DNA from: Octopus vulgaris
Taxonomy: Eukaryota
DNA length: 64,000 nucleotides
Assembly (NCBI GenBank): GCA_951406725.2
Contig: OX597826.1
Location: 31,062,001 to 31,126,000, forward strand
Direction: 5' to 3'
The first letter of the stretch is position 1. The number at the start of each line of letters is the position of its first letter. Positions 14,595 through 28,405 of this stretch are shown here, one piece after another. Position numbers and translations under genes: made by a program. Under the pieces are notes generated by a model. That model did not search any database. It was not told where the DNA came from and was given only the letters and a program-made list of their open reading frames with translations.

Positions 14595-15200
14595 ACCTAA
14601 CCACTCATTATTTGCATTTCCTTGGAGATAACCTCGTTGGCTATAACTACCTGACTTCTAGCTTTTAGAAAGTTATGTAGTCATTCTCCAAGTCTTCAGG
14701 CTATGCCGAGATCACACAGGTTGTGACATATCATACCCTGATTGACTTTATCAAAGGCTTTTGCAAAGTCGAGATAAATCACGTCCACATTTGAGTAGTT
14801 GAGTAGCTGCTTTAACACCCAGTCATAGTTCTGTAAGAGGTGTGTGAGGTAGCTTCTACCAGGTTGAAAATCATGCTGGGTGTCAGTCAGCAAGTCATTC
14901 TCTTCAAGGAACGCAATTAGTTTCCTTCGGAAAATTCGTTCCATGACTTTACTGACGTGTGAAGTCAGAGTGATAGGTCTATAGGTTTTAACATCTGCTC
15001 TGCTGTCACCTTTGTGGATAGGGCATATTATTCCTTCATTCAATTTGCCTGGGTGTTCACCACTTGTAAGGAAGCTCTGAAAAAGAATTCGCAATGGTTT
15101 TGTTTGGGTTCATTTGCGTGATCTGAAAAGGATTGCAGAGAATCTACCAGGTCCAGCAAATATGCCCCTTCTTTGGCTAGTATTACATCTTCTTTGGTGT
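14595..15200 (-). mobile_element. CR1-group LINE reverse transcriptase relic
   Basis: ORF 14696-15094: PIHKG...YRPITLTSHVSKVMERI...QHDFQPGRS...DVIYLDFAKAFDKV; stops on both sides. Confidence 0.92.
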
Positions 15201-15509
15201 CGATGAATACAAAATTTCTATGGCTTAACCAATGAATCTATTTAAACAGTGTGGCTACTAAACGGACTCATGTCACCTACTTTTACACATCTTCAAGCAT
15301 GGCGTTTCACAACTTTAAATTATTGACACAAACATACACATACAGATACACAAACACACGCGTGCGTGCATACAGATCCAAACATGTAAATGTGTGTGTG
15401 TATGTGTGTGTGCATATGCATACACACATGCACGTGCACGCAGAGGAAAAGAAAATAAGAGAGAGGCTATATAATTTAGCACGTAACAATTACGATCTTA
15501 ATTCTTTCA

Positions 15510-15715
15510 ACTATAGACACAAGGCCAGCACTTTGTTGGAAGCGGCTTTCTCGATCATATCGACTCCAGCGCTCAACTGGCACTTATTTTATCGACCTCG
15601 AAAGGATGAAAAGCAAGGTCGACCTCGGCGGAATTTGAACCCAGAACGTAAAAACGGACGAAATGTCGCTTAGTACTATGCCTAGCATGCTTACACTTCA
15701 GCTAGCTCGCTTGCA
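15510..15715 (-). mobile_element. SINE family A
   Basis: Reverse complement of family A; duplicated at ~26330-26535. Confidence 0.8.
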
Positions 15716-15716
15716 T

Positions 15717-15756
<40 letters not shown>

Positions 15757-15768
15757 TAATAATAATAA

Positions 15769-15839
<71 letters not shown>

Positions 15840-16157
15840 TAATAATAATAATAATTCCAATCTGCAACAGCATTTAAACTGGCTCTAAGAATTTAAAGAG
15901 AGTTTTGTTTCCAATTATTGACTAAGTGTATCTAAGATTTTGACATTTTTATCTCCCGGACGGCTATTATTTTCATCATTTAACATGTTCATTGAGATCT
16001 TCACAACAATATCTACATGTCAGTTAACATGGCTTCTAAATCTCTTGGCGCCAAATGTCGTTTGAACAGCTTTGGTTTACCAAGTGGAAGAAGCTGAAGT
16101 AATCAGTGTATTATTGTGCAAATGGATTTCCATAAAACTTCTTAGATAGATAAATAG

Positions 16158-16213
<56 letters not shown>

Positions 16214-16433
16214 GGAAACGTACGGGAAAAAATTGATGTGTTCACGAGCAAGCACCTACGCGCGCGGGCACTAACACATATACGTACAAACACACACAAA
16301 TCATACGCGTGTGCACATGCATACACACACACATTTATCATGCATACACATAGACATACAAATGCATACGTACATACTCTTCTCTTCCATACATTCATGG
16401 ATACACACATATATACACATATATCTACATATA

Positions 16434-16481
<48 letters not shown>

Positions 16482-16712
16482 CACAAAAATTAATATATGT
16501 ATTTATATGTATACACACATATGCATACATACACACACACACACACATACATACACGCACATTACCCCACCCATACACATTTAATGAATGATAAGGTTTT
16601 GTGTATCCAAACGTGTCATCTTTCAAAAGCAACTCAAATATATCATTCCGTTTTTATACCACATCGGCATTTTTTTCTTTGGAGCAGCAGCAGCAGCAGC
16701 AGTAGCAGTAGC

Positions 16713-16767
<55 letters not shown>

Positions 16768-17549
16768 TTAAGTTGCTGACGTTATTGGTCTTGCTTTGGT
16801 TATGTTTCTTTTTTTTTCTCCACCATTACCGCCACGCTCTCCACCATCCCCGCCGCTCCTGTCTGTCGTCTGCATTGATTTAACGAATGTAATAAATCAT
16901 CTGAACCTACCTAAAACACATCCTCATATCCATAGAACATACTAGAACAGTAGCAGTCATCACAGGCTGGTTGGTTTGTTGATAGGTGATGTTAGCTAAT
17001 GACTGTCAGTCAATATGTTTTCCATTTGTAACAGAGATAGAAAGACTAGCAACGAATATGTCGGCTGCTAATATTTGACGAGGCGGCAAAAATTTTCTAT
17101 GGAACGTTTTATAATGACCATAAAAGCAAAATAACTTATTTCTTTCTTTTGTATATTTTGGGCTGGTTTTCTTTTTCAGGTAAGAAGTAAATTATTTCGT
17201 CGTAAAGACGTTTAATGAAAGCAGTTGGTGATATGTATAAAAGATGTGTGTGTGTGTGTGTGTGTGTATGTAGGTGTGCCTGTGTGAGTATGTGTCTGTG
17301 TGTATATGTGTGTCTGTGTGTGTGATGTATATGAAAGGTGTGTGTATGTGTATGTGTGTGTGAGGGAGGTGTGTGTGAGGGAGGTGTGTGTGAGGGAGGT
17401 GTATGTGTGTTTCTATACATTTTAAATCCCAAACTTTGTGTACATTATATTGTATCCAAATATTTATAGCTAATAATGAAAACATATGATCATCAATTTT
17501 GTCATCATCATCATTATCATTATTATTATCAATATTATTATCATTATTT

Positions 17550-17990
17550 AAGGCGGCGAGCAGGCAGAAACGTTGGCACGTCGGGCGAAATGCTTAGCGG
17601 TATATCGTCTGCCACTACGTTCTGAGGTCAAATTCCGCCGGGGTCGACTTTGCCTTTCATCCTTTCGGGGTTGATTAAATAAGTACCAGTTACGTACTGG
17701 GGTCGATATAATCGACTTCATCCGTTTGTCTGTCCTTGTCTGTCACCTCTATGTTTAGCCCCTTGTGGGTAGTAAAGAAATAGGTATTTCGTCTGCCTTT
17801 ACGTTCTGAGTTCAAATTCCGCCGAGGTCCACTTTGCCTTTCATCCTTTCGGGGTCGATTAAATAAGTACCAGTTACGTACTGGTACACATGTCTGTGAT
17901 GCGCTCAACCACTTACACGTTAATTTGATGAGCAGGCTGTTCCGTTGGTCGGATCGACTGGAACCCTCGTTGTCGTGGCCGACGGCGTTC
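17550..17990 (+). mobile_element. SINE family A with partial tandem duplication, joined to a family-C tail
   Basis: Copy 17550-17782, repeat 17783-17884, then GTCTGTGATGCGCTCAACCACTTACACGTTAATTT (family-C tail). Confidence 0.85.
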
Positions 17991-17992
17991 TA

Positions 17993-18031
<39 letters not shown>

Positions 18032-18112
18032 TAATGAGATAAAAAGACAAGGCTGTGTAGATTTTAGAACATTTATAGATAGTAAAAAAAATTTAAAATA
18101 AATAAAAAGTAG

Positions 18113-18160
18113 GTCTTACAGCTGTTTCCAGGATATTTATTATATTCCTTCATCGGAGAC
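18113..18160 (-). ncRNA. Type-I hammerhead ribozyme motif (U4C variant) in element ~18030-18295
   Basis: GUCU-CCGAUGA-AGGAAUAU-aauaa-AUAUCCU-G-GAAAC-AGCU-GUA^AGAC; stem I GUCU/AGAC. Confidence 0.75.
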
Positions 18161-18642
18161 GGTGTGAGAGGATGGTTAAGAAATACTCAATTTAGATAAG
18201 CTATAAAATAGAGAGTGAGGTGGAGGAAAGAAAAGAAAGTAGATGTGAGATATGTAGGGATGTATTTGTAGATCTATTTTTTAGGCAGAGTGGTATATAT
18301 ATATATACCACTCCCGCATTTCCTTCTTCTTCGTCTTCTTCCACAATTACTATTGCTTAAACAATCAAAAACAAGAATTGATATCAAATATTAAGACTAC
18401 TACTACTAACTACATAGAACTTACACGAGTAAAAAAGAGAGACAGAGACAAACAGAAAAAAGGAAAATGTCCCTTGCATTGGAAAAATATGGAAATATTT
18501 TTTTAAAAACAATTTATTTCACTTTTCCACAATTTAATTATTTTTCATGCTTTACTCTAAGTTGAAAAAGTCGCAAAACCGATACTAAAATGTTCTTCAT
18601 GATAAAATTATTTTAATATTTTCTACCTTGTCTTATCTTCCT

Positions 18643-18748
<106 letters not shown>

Positions 18749-20003
18749 CGTGTGTGTGTGTGTGTATGACAGAAAGGCAGAGATGGAATTCACAAGACTC
18801 TTTATTCAAAATCACTACGATCGTTTCGACTCATCCTACATCTCTGTCTTACAGGTAAGACGCTGTACATTCAATTGCCACGCAATACAAGTGCAGATAC
18901 GTTTCCTCAGATGACTCTTCAAAAAGCACCTCGTTTTTCACTTGCCATTTCGCTTATTCCTATAACAATACAATCTAGATTGTGCAACATTCCATCCGTC
19001 TCTATAATGAAGTAAAATAAAATGGAAGAATCCAACACACATAAGCAATAAAATAGTGTATACGGGGATAAGAGAATAAGAAAATATATACCTGTCAGGT
19101 GTATAATTTACAGTTACATGTGGAACGTTACTAATTACCGTTGGTATCAACTAAGATTTTAAAAGATGACATAAAACACAAATATATATATATATATAAA
19201 ACCAACAAAACTATAGGACAAATACATTGAAATAAAAAAAAAATGTTTTTCCAAGGAAACTCGTGACGATTCGCGTTGGCACACACAAAATTCAGTTCAA
19301 TAACTTTCAGAAAATGGAATTTAAGATGAAATGCTTTGTTTTTGTTTTTTCTCCGTTATTACCGCCATGCCCTCCACCATCTCCGCCGCTCTTATCTGTC
19401 GTCTGCATTGATTTAACGAATGTAACAACTCATCTGAACCTACCTAAAACACATCCTCATATCCATAGAAGATACTAGAATAGTAAGAAGTGTGTCTTGA
19501 GGAGATGTTAATTCCATCGATTCACACAGGTTCCTTTGTCGGATACGAAATGGAAAAAACGAAGTATTCAAAGAGTAAAAGTTATGCTTCATGTGAAGCA
19601 TGTCTTGTTAACATTTAATTTTTTCCAAGTTTATTTTGCATTTTTTTTTAATTTTATTTTAAGGTTTTGTTTGTTTTGATTGTAGAAAAGCGCCATTTTG
19701 TAAATAGCGAACTTGAAAAGGTTAACGAAGAAATGTTAGAAAATTATTGTGTTACGTTACAAAAGTTCAGCTTTGTGACACTCGTATTCAAAGGGCGCCC
19801 ATATTTAAACACATACATTTCTATGTGTATATATGTATTTATGTATGTATGTATGCATGCGTGCTTGTATGTATATATGAATGTATGCATATACGCATCT
19901 ATATATGTATGTATGATGTATATATGTACACATCCACAGTCTCATGTATATATAGGTGTATGTGTGCATACACACATGCATATATATATATGCGTGTGTG
20001 TGA

Positions 20004-20043
<40 letters not shown>

Positions 20044-20046
20044 CTA

Positions 20047-20090
<44 letters not shown>

Positions 20091-21162
20091 CATATATACA
20101 TACCATTACATGTATGCACAAAAAATAGATATAAACATGTGCATACATAAATATATATTCATACATAGATACATACACATGCGTACATACATATACATAC
20201 ACAAATATACACTACATAGATTCATGCATTCATACATACATACACACATGCATACACCCATACTTACGCACATACATACTCACGTACATATACACACATT
20301 CATATACACACATATATACACACATACATATATACATACAAAACTGCATACATGCTTGCATACATACATACGTGCGTACATACATACATATACACATACA
20401 TACACACATACATACATACAAACATACACACATACATACATACATACATACATACATACATACATACATACATACATACATGCATGCATACATACATACA
20501 TACATACATACATACATACATACATACATACATACATACGTACATACGTGCGTATGCACTTACATACATGGTCTAGATCGTGGCTAAACGACCCAAAGAA
20601 CTCACCAACTAAAGAATATTTTGCGTGTGTCTAAGAAAGAAAGATTTAGTGTTGGGGACTATGAGAAACGGAAGTTAACCAGCTGGAAACTCGTGTAGTT
20701 GAATGGTGCAGAATTGTAGCGAGAAAAAGAGGTGATATAAATAAAAAGAAAGACGAGGAGAAAGAAAGAACATCGGGGGAAAAGAGTTGAGGGAGATAAA
20801 GAAAAGGAAAGAGGAATGAGATAGAGAGGGGTAAAAGAGATAGTTAAGAGAGGGAAGAATAGAAGTGGGTGAAGAGACATACGTTGAGGAGAAAAGATTG
20901 TTAGTGTTGGATTTTGCCATAGGTTTTGATCGATGGAGTACCGAGACTGTCAATGGAGTTGATAGCCTGCCGAGCAAGCATAAATCGACAAAGCGAGAAG
21001 CTGGTATAGAGGTTGACATTTGCCGCCAGTTTGATGTATAATGGACGACACCCAGATAAAATGGCGGTGACAATGGGCAGAAATTATGTGTATGCGTGTA
21101 TGTATGTGCATGCATGTATGTGTGTATGCATGGACATGTGTATGCATATGCATGTACATATA

Positions 21163-21212
<50 letters not shown>

Positions 21213-21230
21213 CACACAAACACACTCACT

Positions 21231-21325
<95 letters not shown>

Positions 21326-21353
21326 GCATACATATATGCATATATACATATAT

Positions 21354-21400
<47 letters not shown>

Positions 21401-21417
21401 TACATATATGCATATAC

Positions 21418-21471
<54 letters not shown>

Positions 21472-21607
21472 CTTAATGTGAATGTATTATTAGAGCGTTG
21501 AATACTACGGCATTCGCTTTGAGAGATCCTCTCATGTTGATGTAGAGGGATAAAGGCATAGATATATAACACTAGTAGATGAGAATCGTCTGTCAGGGCC
21601 GCCGGAA

Positions 21608-21655
21608 CTGACAGATCACGTAATTTCAGTGCACTTGCGTTTCTTCAGATGTAGG
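21608..21655 (-). ncRNA. Decayed hammerhead-like motif
   Basis: CUGAAGA...GAAA-UUACGUGA-UC with near-palindromic stem III, ~150 nt from a (TA)n tract; stems I and II imperfect. Confidence 0.4.
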
Positions 21656-21809
21656 CATACCAGCAACGTCACATTTCCAACGACATATGGAATAGCTAGC
21701 AGGGTTTTTAGAAAGAAATAATAGTCACAGAAACAGTATTAATATCGAATGGAATCTTTATATCCAATGTAATCTTTGTATCCAAGGCGACTACCGCAGT
21801 ATACGACGC

Positions 21810-22045
21810 TTGGCAGAAACGTTAGCACGCCGGGCAAAATGCTTAGCGGTATTTCCTCTGTCTTTATGTTCTGAGTTCAAATTCTGTTGAGGTCGACGTT
21901 CTGAGTTCAAATTCCGTCGAGGTCGAATTTGCCTTTTATTCTATCGGGTCGATAAATTGAGTACCAGTTGCGTACTGGGGTCGATCTAATGGACAGGTCC
22001 CTTCCTCCAAAATTTCGGGCCTTGTGCCTAGAGTAGAAACGAATA
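21810..22045 (+). mobile_element. SINE family A (internal duplication of the B-box segment)
   Basis: GTTCTGAGTTCAAATTC...GAGGTCGA occurs twice. Confidence 0.82.
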
Positions 22046-22081
22046 AGTACATCCACGTTAAGAAGAATAGAGATTTCTTGT

Positions 22082-22152
<71 letters not shown>

Positions 22153-22764
22153 TGTGTGTGTGTGTGCGTGCGAAATACAAAACCTAGATGAACTCAGTAG
22201 AGTTAACGGCCATTCAACACCTCGGAGTGAGAATCCCTAGACTTTGTTTACAGATCTCTCTAAGAGAAGGGAAACGCTGATTTAAAACCTTCAGCGTCGT
22301 TTATGTCCAATTACATTCGCTAGTTCCTTTGTTATGACAAATGCATATGCAGCATTGAAGGTGAGAATCGACCCTGTGCAAGGTTTTTTCTCTCTCTTTA
22401 GAATCTCTTTTAATATCTCAATAACGTGTTATATAGTATGGGTGACCGTAGCTGCGAGAGACGAAACACTCCATGCTGAAGTGAAAGCATGTGTCAGCGT
22501 GTGTGATAAGTTTTCAGAGCATCTAGTCTGAGGCTCCTCGGAAAACTGAAGGCCACAACTGTGCAGCTCATGTTTGAGACAACATCCAAGCAACTGCAGT
22601 GCTCGCAATTTTTGCAACTGGCAGGCATCATATATATCCTATAATCCAACGGAAGTATACCCCCAACTGCGGATGACAACAGGTAGCCCAAACGGTGACA
22701 ATGCTTTACTCAACACATCAGTACACTAACTGGCATATACTCATTAGTCCAAAATATTACGTGT

Positions 22765-22803
<39 letters not shown>

Positions 22804-22804
22804 G

Positions 22805-23625
22805 TCTGGTGCTGGAAAAACAAAACTACAACATGTACCAATTTAATCTCCTTCAAGCTAGTCCCCTCCGAAAGTCACAGACTTAACCCAGCACTGTTTC
22901 CATTGATGGAAGCATTTCTGGAACTCGTTTTCTGGGATAATTAGCAGCTGACTCGTCGCATTCACTTTGATTTCCTCGACGCCCTGAAATCTCCTTCCTT
23001 TCAAGTGGAATTTGATCTTTGGAAAGAGGAAAAGGTCGAAGGGGTGAGAGCTTGGGAATTGGTTGTCGAACCTGGGAAATGCTGTGCCTAACCAAAAACT
23101 GCAACACACGCTGCACTGAATGGGCAAGTGCGTTGTCAGCTGAAAGCAGTTTTTGCACAAACTGGGCAGACACGTGTCTCATACCCAAATCCTCAGTGAT
23201 AATGGACTGAACTGAACCCTAACTAATCTGCACACCCTCTGATAACTCACGAATGATGATTCGACGATTTCCCCTCATAGATGCACGCACATTTGCGATA
23301 TTTTTCTCTGTTCTGTTGGTTGCGGGTCTCCCAGAAAGTTCGTCAATATCGACATTTTTTCGGCTCGTACACTCCTTCTATACACTTTCTGTAATTTTGC
23401 ATCGGCTTCTCAGCAGATATCGCCAGGATTTTGGCAAAATTTATGGTCAATAGGACGATCTCACGCTACACATGTTCCCTCCAAGCACTGCCGTATACCA
23501 CGAAAGTGAGCTAGAACGTTAAAACGTAGTGCCCGTGCACACCAGAGTTCAAGAGCAATTTGTGCTAGGTGACTTCGCTCTGTGTGCTTTAGCTTTGTTA
23601 CTATGGCAACAGTCCGGATACTTTA
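22805..23625 (-). mobile_element. mariner transposase relic, internally deleted
   Basis: MGMRHVSAQFVQKLL and PFDLFLFPKIKFHLKGRRFQGVEEIK...CFHQWKQCWVKSVTFGGD; TIR remnant AAAGTATCCGGACT on the minus strand at ~23611-23624. Confidence 0.85.
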
Positions 23626-23830
23626 TTCTTTTATTCTTTTACTTCTTTCAGTCCTTCGACGGCGGCCATGCTGGAGTATCATCTTAAAGGGCTTTGGTCG
23701 AGGAAATCGACCCCAGTACTTATTCCGGCTTTCTTTGCCGAACCGCTAAGTTACAAGGACATAAACACACCAACATCGGTTGTCAAGCGATGACGGTGGT
23801 GACAAACGAACACAAAGACAAAGACATAAA
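23625..23830 (-). mobile_element. SINE family B, 3' half
   Basis: GGCCATGCTGGAG...GCCGAACCGCTAAGTTAC...TCGGTTGTCAAGCGATG. Confidence 0.8.
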
Positions 23831-23936
23831 TATATAAATGTATATACATATATATATATATGAGAGAGGGAGGGAGAGGGAGATACTCGATAGATAGATA
23901 GGTAAATATAACATACATGTATATGTATATATATGT

Positions 23937-24035
<99 letters not shown>

Positions 24036-24283
24036 CACACATCACATAATGCAGGTGTTTTTAGGCATACAGATAACATATCTACATATAGAAAAGAACT
24101 AAATATGTTTGACGGTAAAGTGTAATAATTATATTTCAAAAGTTACTACCATGTGTGTGTGTGTGTGTGTGCATAACATTTTTATATATGTGTATGCATG
24201 TATAACTGTTTGTGCATGCGTGTATGTTTATGTCTGTATGTCCGTTCATATATGATTGTGTGCATACTTGTGTGTTCGTATAA

Positions 24284-24328
<45 letters not shown>

Positions 24329-24417
24329 ATGTCTGTGCATGAGATGCAGATCATTATGGATTTGTGTATGTATATGTGTATTCTTGCCTGAATACACACA
24401 TGTGTGCGTTTATGTGC

Positions 24418-24468
<51 letters not shown>

Positions 24469-24691
24469 AGTGTGTGTCTTTCAGTGTGTGTCTTTCAAGG
24501 AATAGGCAGAAGAATTGAGTGAAAGAAAATTGCCTACGCCACTTGATGACTTTGGACAAGTTGCAACAAGTTCGATTCTTGATTGTTTTAGCAGGAAAGC
24601 TAATTGATTCAGTCAACCAGCTTAGTTCCAGACAATATTCTATTTCATTATATAAACACTGCATCTATCCACATACATATGTACACACACA

Positions 24692-24747
<56 letters not shown>

Positions 24748-24779
24748 CATACAGACATGTAGGTAGGTAGGTAGGTAGG

Positions 24780-24839
<60 letters not shown>

Positions 24840-24844
24840 GAGAG

Positions 24845-24887
<43 letters not shown>

Positions 24888-24913
24888 CGATGGATGGATG
24901 GTTATATATATAC

Positions 24914-24973
<60 letters not shown>

Positions 24974-24978
<5 letters not shown>

Positions 24979-25186
24979 ATCCAAATAAGAAAACACAAGA
25001 AAAACACAACAACGCGAGGACGTGGAACAAATATAGTATTATTGGACGCTCAGAAAAGAAGGGAAGAAGGAGGGCTTAACGTTTCGAGCGGAGCTCTTCG
25101 TCGGAAACATAGGAGAAGGAAAGATCCAGAGAAGGGAAGACAGAGGGAAAAAATCACCAACGGTACACACGAGGTCACATTTCTGT
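24974..25186 (-). mobile_element. ~210-bp element with a minimal HHR (25074-25108), copy A
   Basis: Minus strand GUUU-CCGACGA-A-GAGC-ucc-GCUC-GAAAC-GUU^AAGC; microsatellites on both sides; near-identical copies at 26570 and 26902. Confidence 0.7.
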
Positions 25187-25189
25187 ATG

Positions 25190-25224
<35 letters not shown>

Positions 25225-25228
25225 ATAC

Positions 25229-25279
<51 letters not shown>

Positions 25280-25301
25280 CATGCATATATATATATGTAT
25301 A

Positions 25302-26552
25302 TTAGTTTCAAGAGCCCACAGCTCTTCAATATCCCCCAAAAAAGCGTGAGAGACTTACATGGGGTAGATGTAGGTGTTTTCAAGGCAAAATTAGATTTAC
25401 TCATTACTTACCTAACCACTCATTATTTGCATTTCCTTGGAGATAACCTCGTTGGCTATAACTACCTGACTTCTAGCTTTTAGAAAGTTATGTAGTCATT
25501 CTCCAAGTCTTCAGGCTATGCCGAGATCACACAGGTTGTGACATATCATACCCTGATTGACTTTATCAAAGGCTTTTGCAAAGTCGAGATAAATCACGTC
25601 CACATTTGAGTAGTTGAGTAGCTGCTTTAACACCCAGTCATAGTTCTGTAAGAGGTGTGTGAGGTAGCTTCTACCAGGTTGAAAATCATGCTGGGTGTCA
25701 GTCAGCAAGTCATTCTCTTCAAGGAACGCAATTAGTTGCCTTCGGAAAATTCGTTCCATGACTTTACTGACGTGTGAAGTCAGAGTGATAGGTCTATAGG
25801 TTTTAACATCTGCTCTGCTGTCACCTTTGTGGATAGGGCATATTATTCCTTCATTCAATTTGCCTGGGTGTTCACCACTTGTAAGGAAGCTCTGAAAAAG
25901 AATTCGCAATGGTTTTGTTTGGGTTCATTTGCGTGATCTGAAAAGGATTGCAGAGAATCTACCAGGTCCAGCAAATATGCCCCTTCTTTGGCTAGTATTA
26001 CATCTTCTTTGGTGTCGATGAATACAAAATTTCTATGGCTTAACCAATGAATCTATTTAAACAGTGTGGCTACTAAACGGACTCATGTCACCTACTTTTA
26101 CACATCTTCAAGCATGGCGTTTCACAACTTTAAATTATTGACACAAACATACACATACACTCACAGATACACAAACACACGCGTGCGTGCATACAGATCC
26201 AAACATGTATATGTGTGTGTGTATGTGTGTGTGCATATGCATACACACATGCACGTGCACGCAGAGGAAAAGAAAATAAGAGAGAGGCTATATAATTTAG
26301 CACGTAACAATTACGATCTTAATTCTTTCAACTATAGACACAAGGCCAGCACTTTGTTGGAAGCGGCTTTCTCGATCATATCGACTCCAGCGCTCAACTG
26401 GCACTTATTTTATCGACCTCGAAAGGATGAAAAGCAAGGTCGACCTCGGCGGAATTTGAACCCAGAACGTAAAAACGGACGAAATGTCGCTTAGTACTAT
26501 GCCTAGCATGCTTACACTTCAGCTAGCTCGCTTGCATTTAATAATAATAATA
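25302..26552 (+). repeat. Near-identical duplicate of 14487-15731 (LINE relic, spacer, SINE A)
   Basis: Only about three differences seen over ~1.25 kb; ORF 25511-25909 matches ORF 14696-15094 except for one K/Q change. Confidence 0.95.
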
Positions 26553-26569
26553 CACACATCTTCAAATAT

Positions 26570-26769
26570 ATGGAACAAATATAGTATTATTGGACGCTCA
26601 GGAAAGAAGGGAAGAAGGAGGGCTTAACGTTTCGAGCGGAGCTCTTCGTCGGAAACATAGGAGAAGGAAAGATCCAGAGAAGGGAAGACAGAGGGAAAAA
26701 ATCACCAACGGTACACACGAGGTCACATTTCTGTATGTATATATATGTGTGTGTGTGTGTGTATACATG

Positions 26770-26823
<54 letters not shown>

Positions 26824-27063
26824 CATGCATATATATATATGCTTACACTTCAGCTAGCTCGCTTGCATTTAATAATAATAATACACACATCTTCAAATAT
26901 ATGGAACAAATATAGTATTATTGGACGCTCAGGAAAGAAGGGAAGAAGGAGACTTAACGTTTCGAGCGGAGCTCTTCGTCGGAAACATAGGAGAAGGAAA
27001 GATCCAGAGAAGGGAAGACAGAGGGAAAAAATCACCAACGGTACACACGAGGTCACATTTCTG
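26570..27063 (-). mobile_element. Tandem copies B and C of the minimal-HHR element (330-bp period)
   Basis: HHR motifs at 26622-26656 and 26952-26986. Confidence 0.75.
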
Positions 27064-27067
27064 TATG

Positions 27068-27109
<42 letters not shown>

Positions 27110-27110
27110 C

Positions 27111-27167
<57 letters not shown>

Positions 27168-27450
27168 CATGCATATATATATATACATTTATATATATAT
27201 ATATACACATATATATACATACTTACATATATATGTGTGTGTCTGTGTGTATGTGTGTATGTATGTACGTATGTGTGTATGTATAAATTATTAAAGTGGC
27301 TATTCTCAATTTAAAACTGCTAGACAATAAGTACAGTCGTCACTAAAGTGACGGATGGTGCTAGTGTGCTTCCAACATTTCTAAGCGTGAGAGCACTTTT
27401 CAAACGGCTCACAAGGGAGACAGACTCCCTCTCTACGACAAGCAAGATGG

Positions 27451-27499
27451 AGTCATATCAACGCTGATTTTTGATTTAATCAATCTTCATCAGTGAGCC
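27451..27499 (-). ncRNA. Decayed hammerhead motif (G12A)
   Basis: GGCUCA-CUGAUGA-A-GAUU-gauua-AAUC-A-aAAA-UCAGCGUUGA-UA^UGA; near-palindromic stem III. Confidence 0.45.
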
Positions 27500-27526
27500 A
27501 TTGCCTCGTCGCCGATATATACAATA

Positions 27527-27586
<60 letters not shown>

Positions 27587-27595
27587 TATATATAT

Positions 27596-27635
<40 letters not shown>

Positions 27636-27806
27636 AATTAAGGGTAAAAAATAGCACCTGCAATAGCTGGAAATAGGAGCTAAGAAATATAACTCAAATA
27701 GCCACACAAAATCAACAACCTCATGAGATGTTCAGGGACTGCGAGCAGCAAGCCACAACAGCTTTCTCCAGCGAGCTAAAACTCACAGAATGAAATAGTT
27801 TGATAA

Positions 27807-27865
27807 AACCCTATCACGTGATTTCGAAAATTAACCAGCATGGTTTTGTTTCTCGTCAAGTGATT
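27807..27865 (-). ncRNA. Type-I hammerhead motif (C3U) in element ~27635-28015
   Basis: AAUCAC-UUGACGA-GAAA..AACCA-ugc-UGGUU..UUUC-GAAA-UCACGUGA-UA^GGGUU; palindrome AUCACGUGAU. Confidence 0.65.
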
Positions 27866-28021
27866 CCACAATTTACACCGGGTTAAGGAGATAGCTAGCT
27901 TCCTGTTTGCTCATGAGAGAAAAAAAAACCGTTGAACAGCGAGCGCTAAAATTCAAAACAATTAGAGTGCGTATAAAAATACAATAAGATATTATAACAG
28001 TGAATTAATATATTATGATAT

Positions 28022-28405
28022 CGTGCAACTCCGTCAGTTACGACAACGAGGGTTCCAGTTGATCCGATCAACGGAACCGCCTGCTCGTGAAATTAACGTG
28101 AAAGTGGCTGAGAACTCCACAGACACGCGTACCCTTAACGTAGTTCTCGGGGAGATTCAGCGTGACACAGAGTGTGACAAGGCTGGCGCTTTGAAATACA
28201 GGTAGAACAGAAACAGGACGAAAGAGTGAGGGAAAGTTGTGGTGAAAGAGTACAGCAGGGTTCGTCCCCCACCCTCTGCCGGTGCCTCGTGGAGCTTTAG
28301 ATGATTTCGCTCAATAAATGCTCACAACGTCCGGTCTGGCAAACGAAACCGCTATCCTACGATCGTGAGTCCGCTGCTCTAACCACTGGGCCAGTGCACC
28401 TCCAC
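28022..28405 (-). mobile_element. SINE family C (tRNA-Arg-like head, OR-like)
   Basis: Reverse complement of the 35220-35602 family. Confidence 0.85.
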
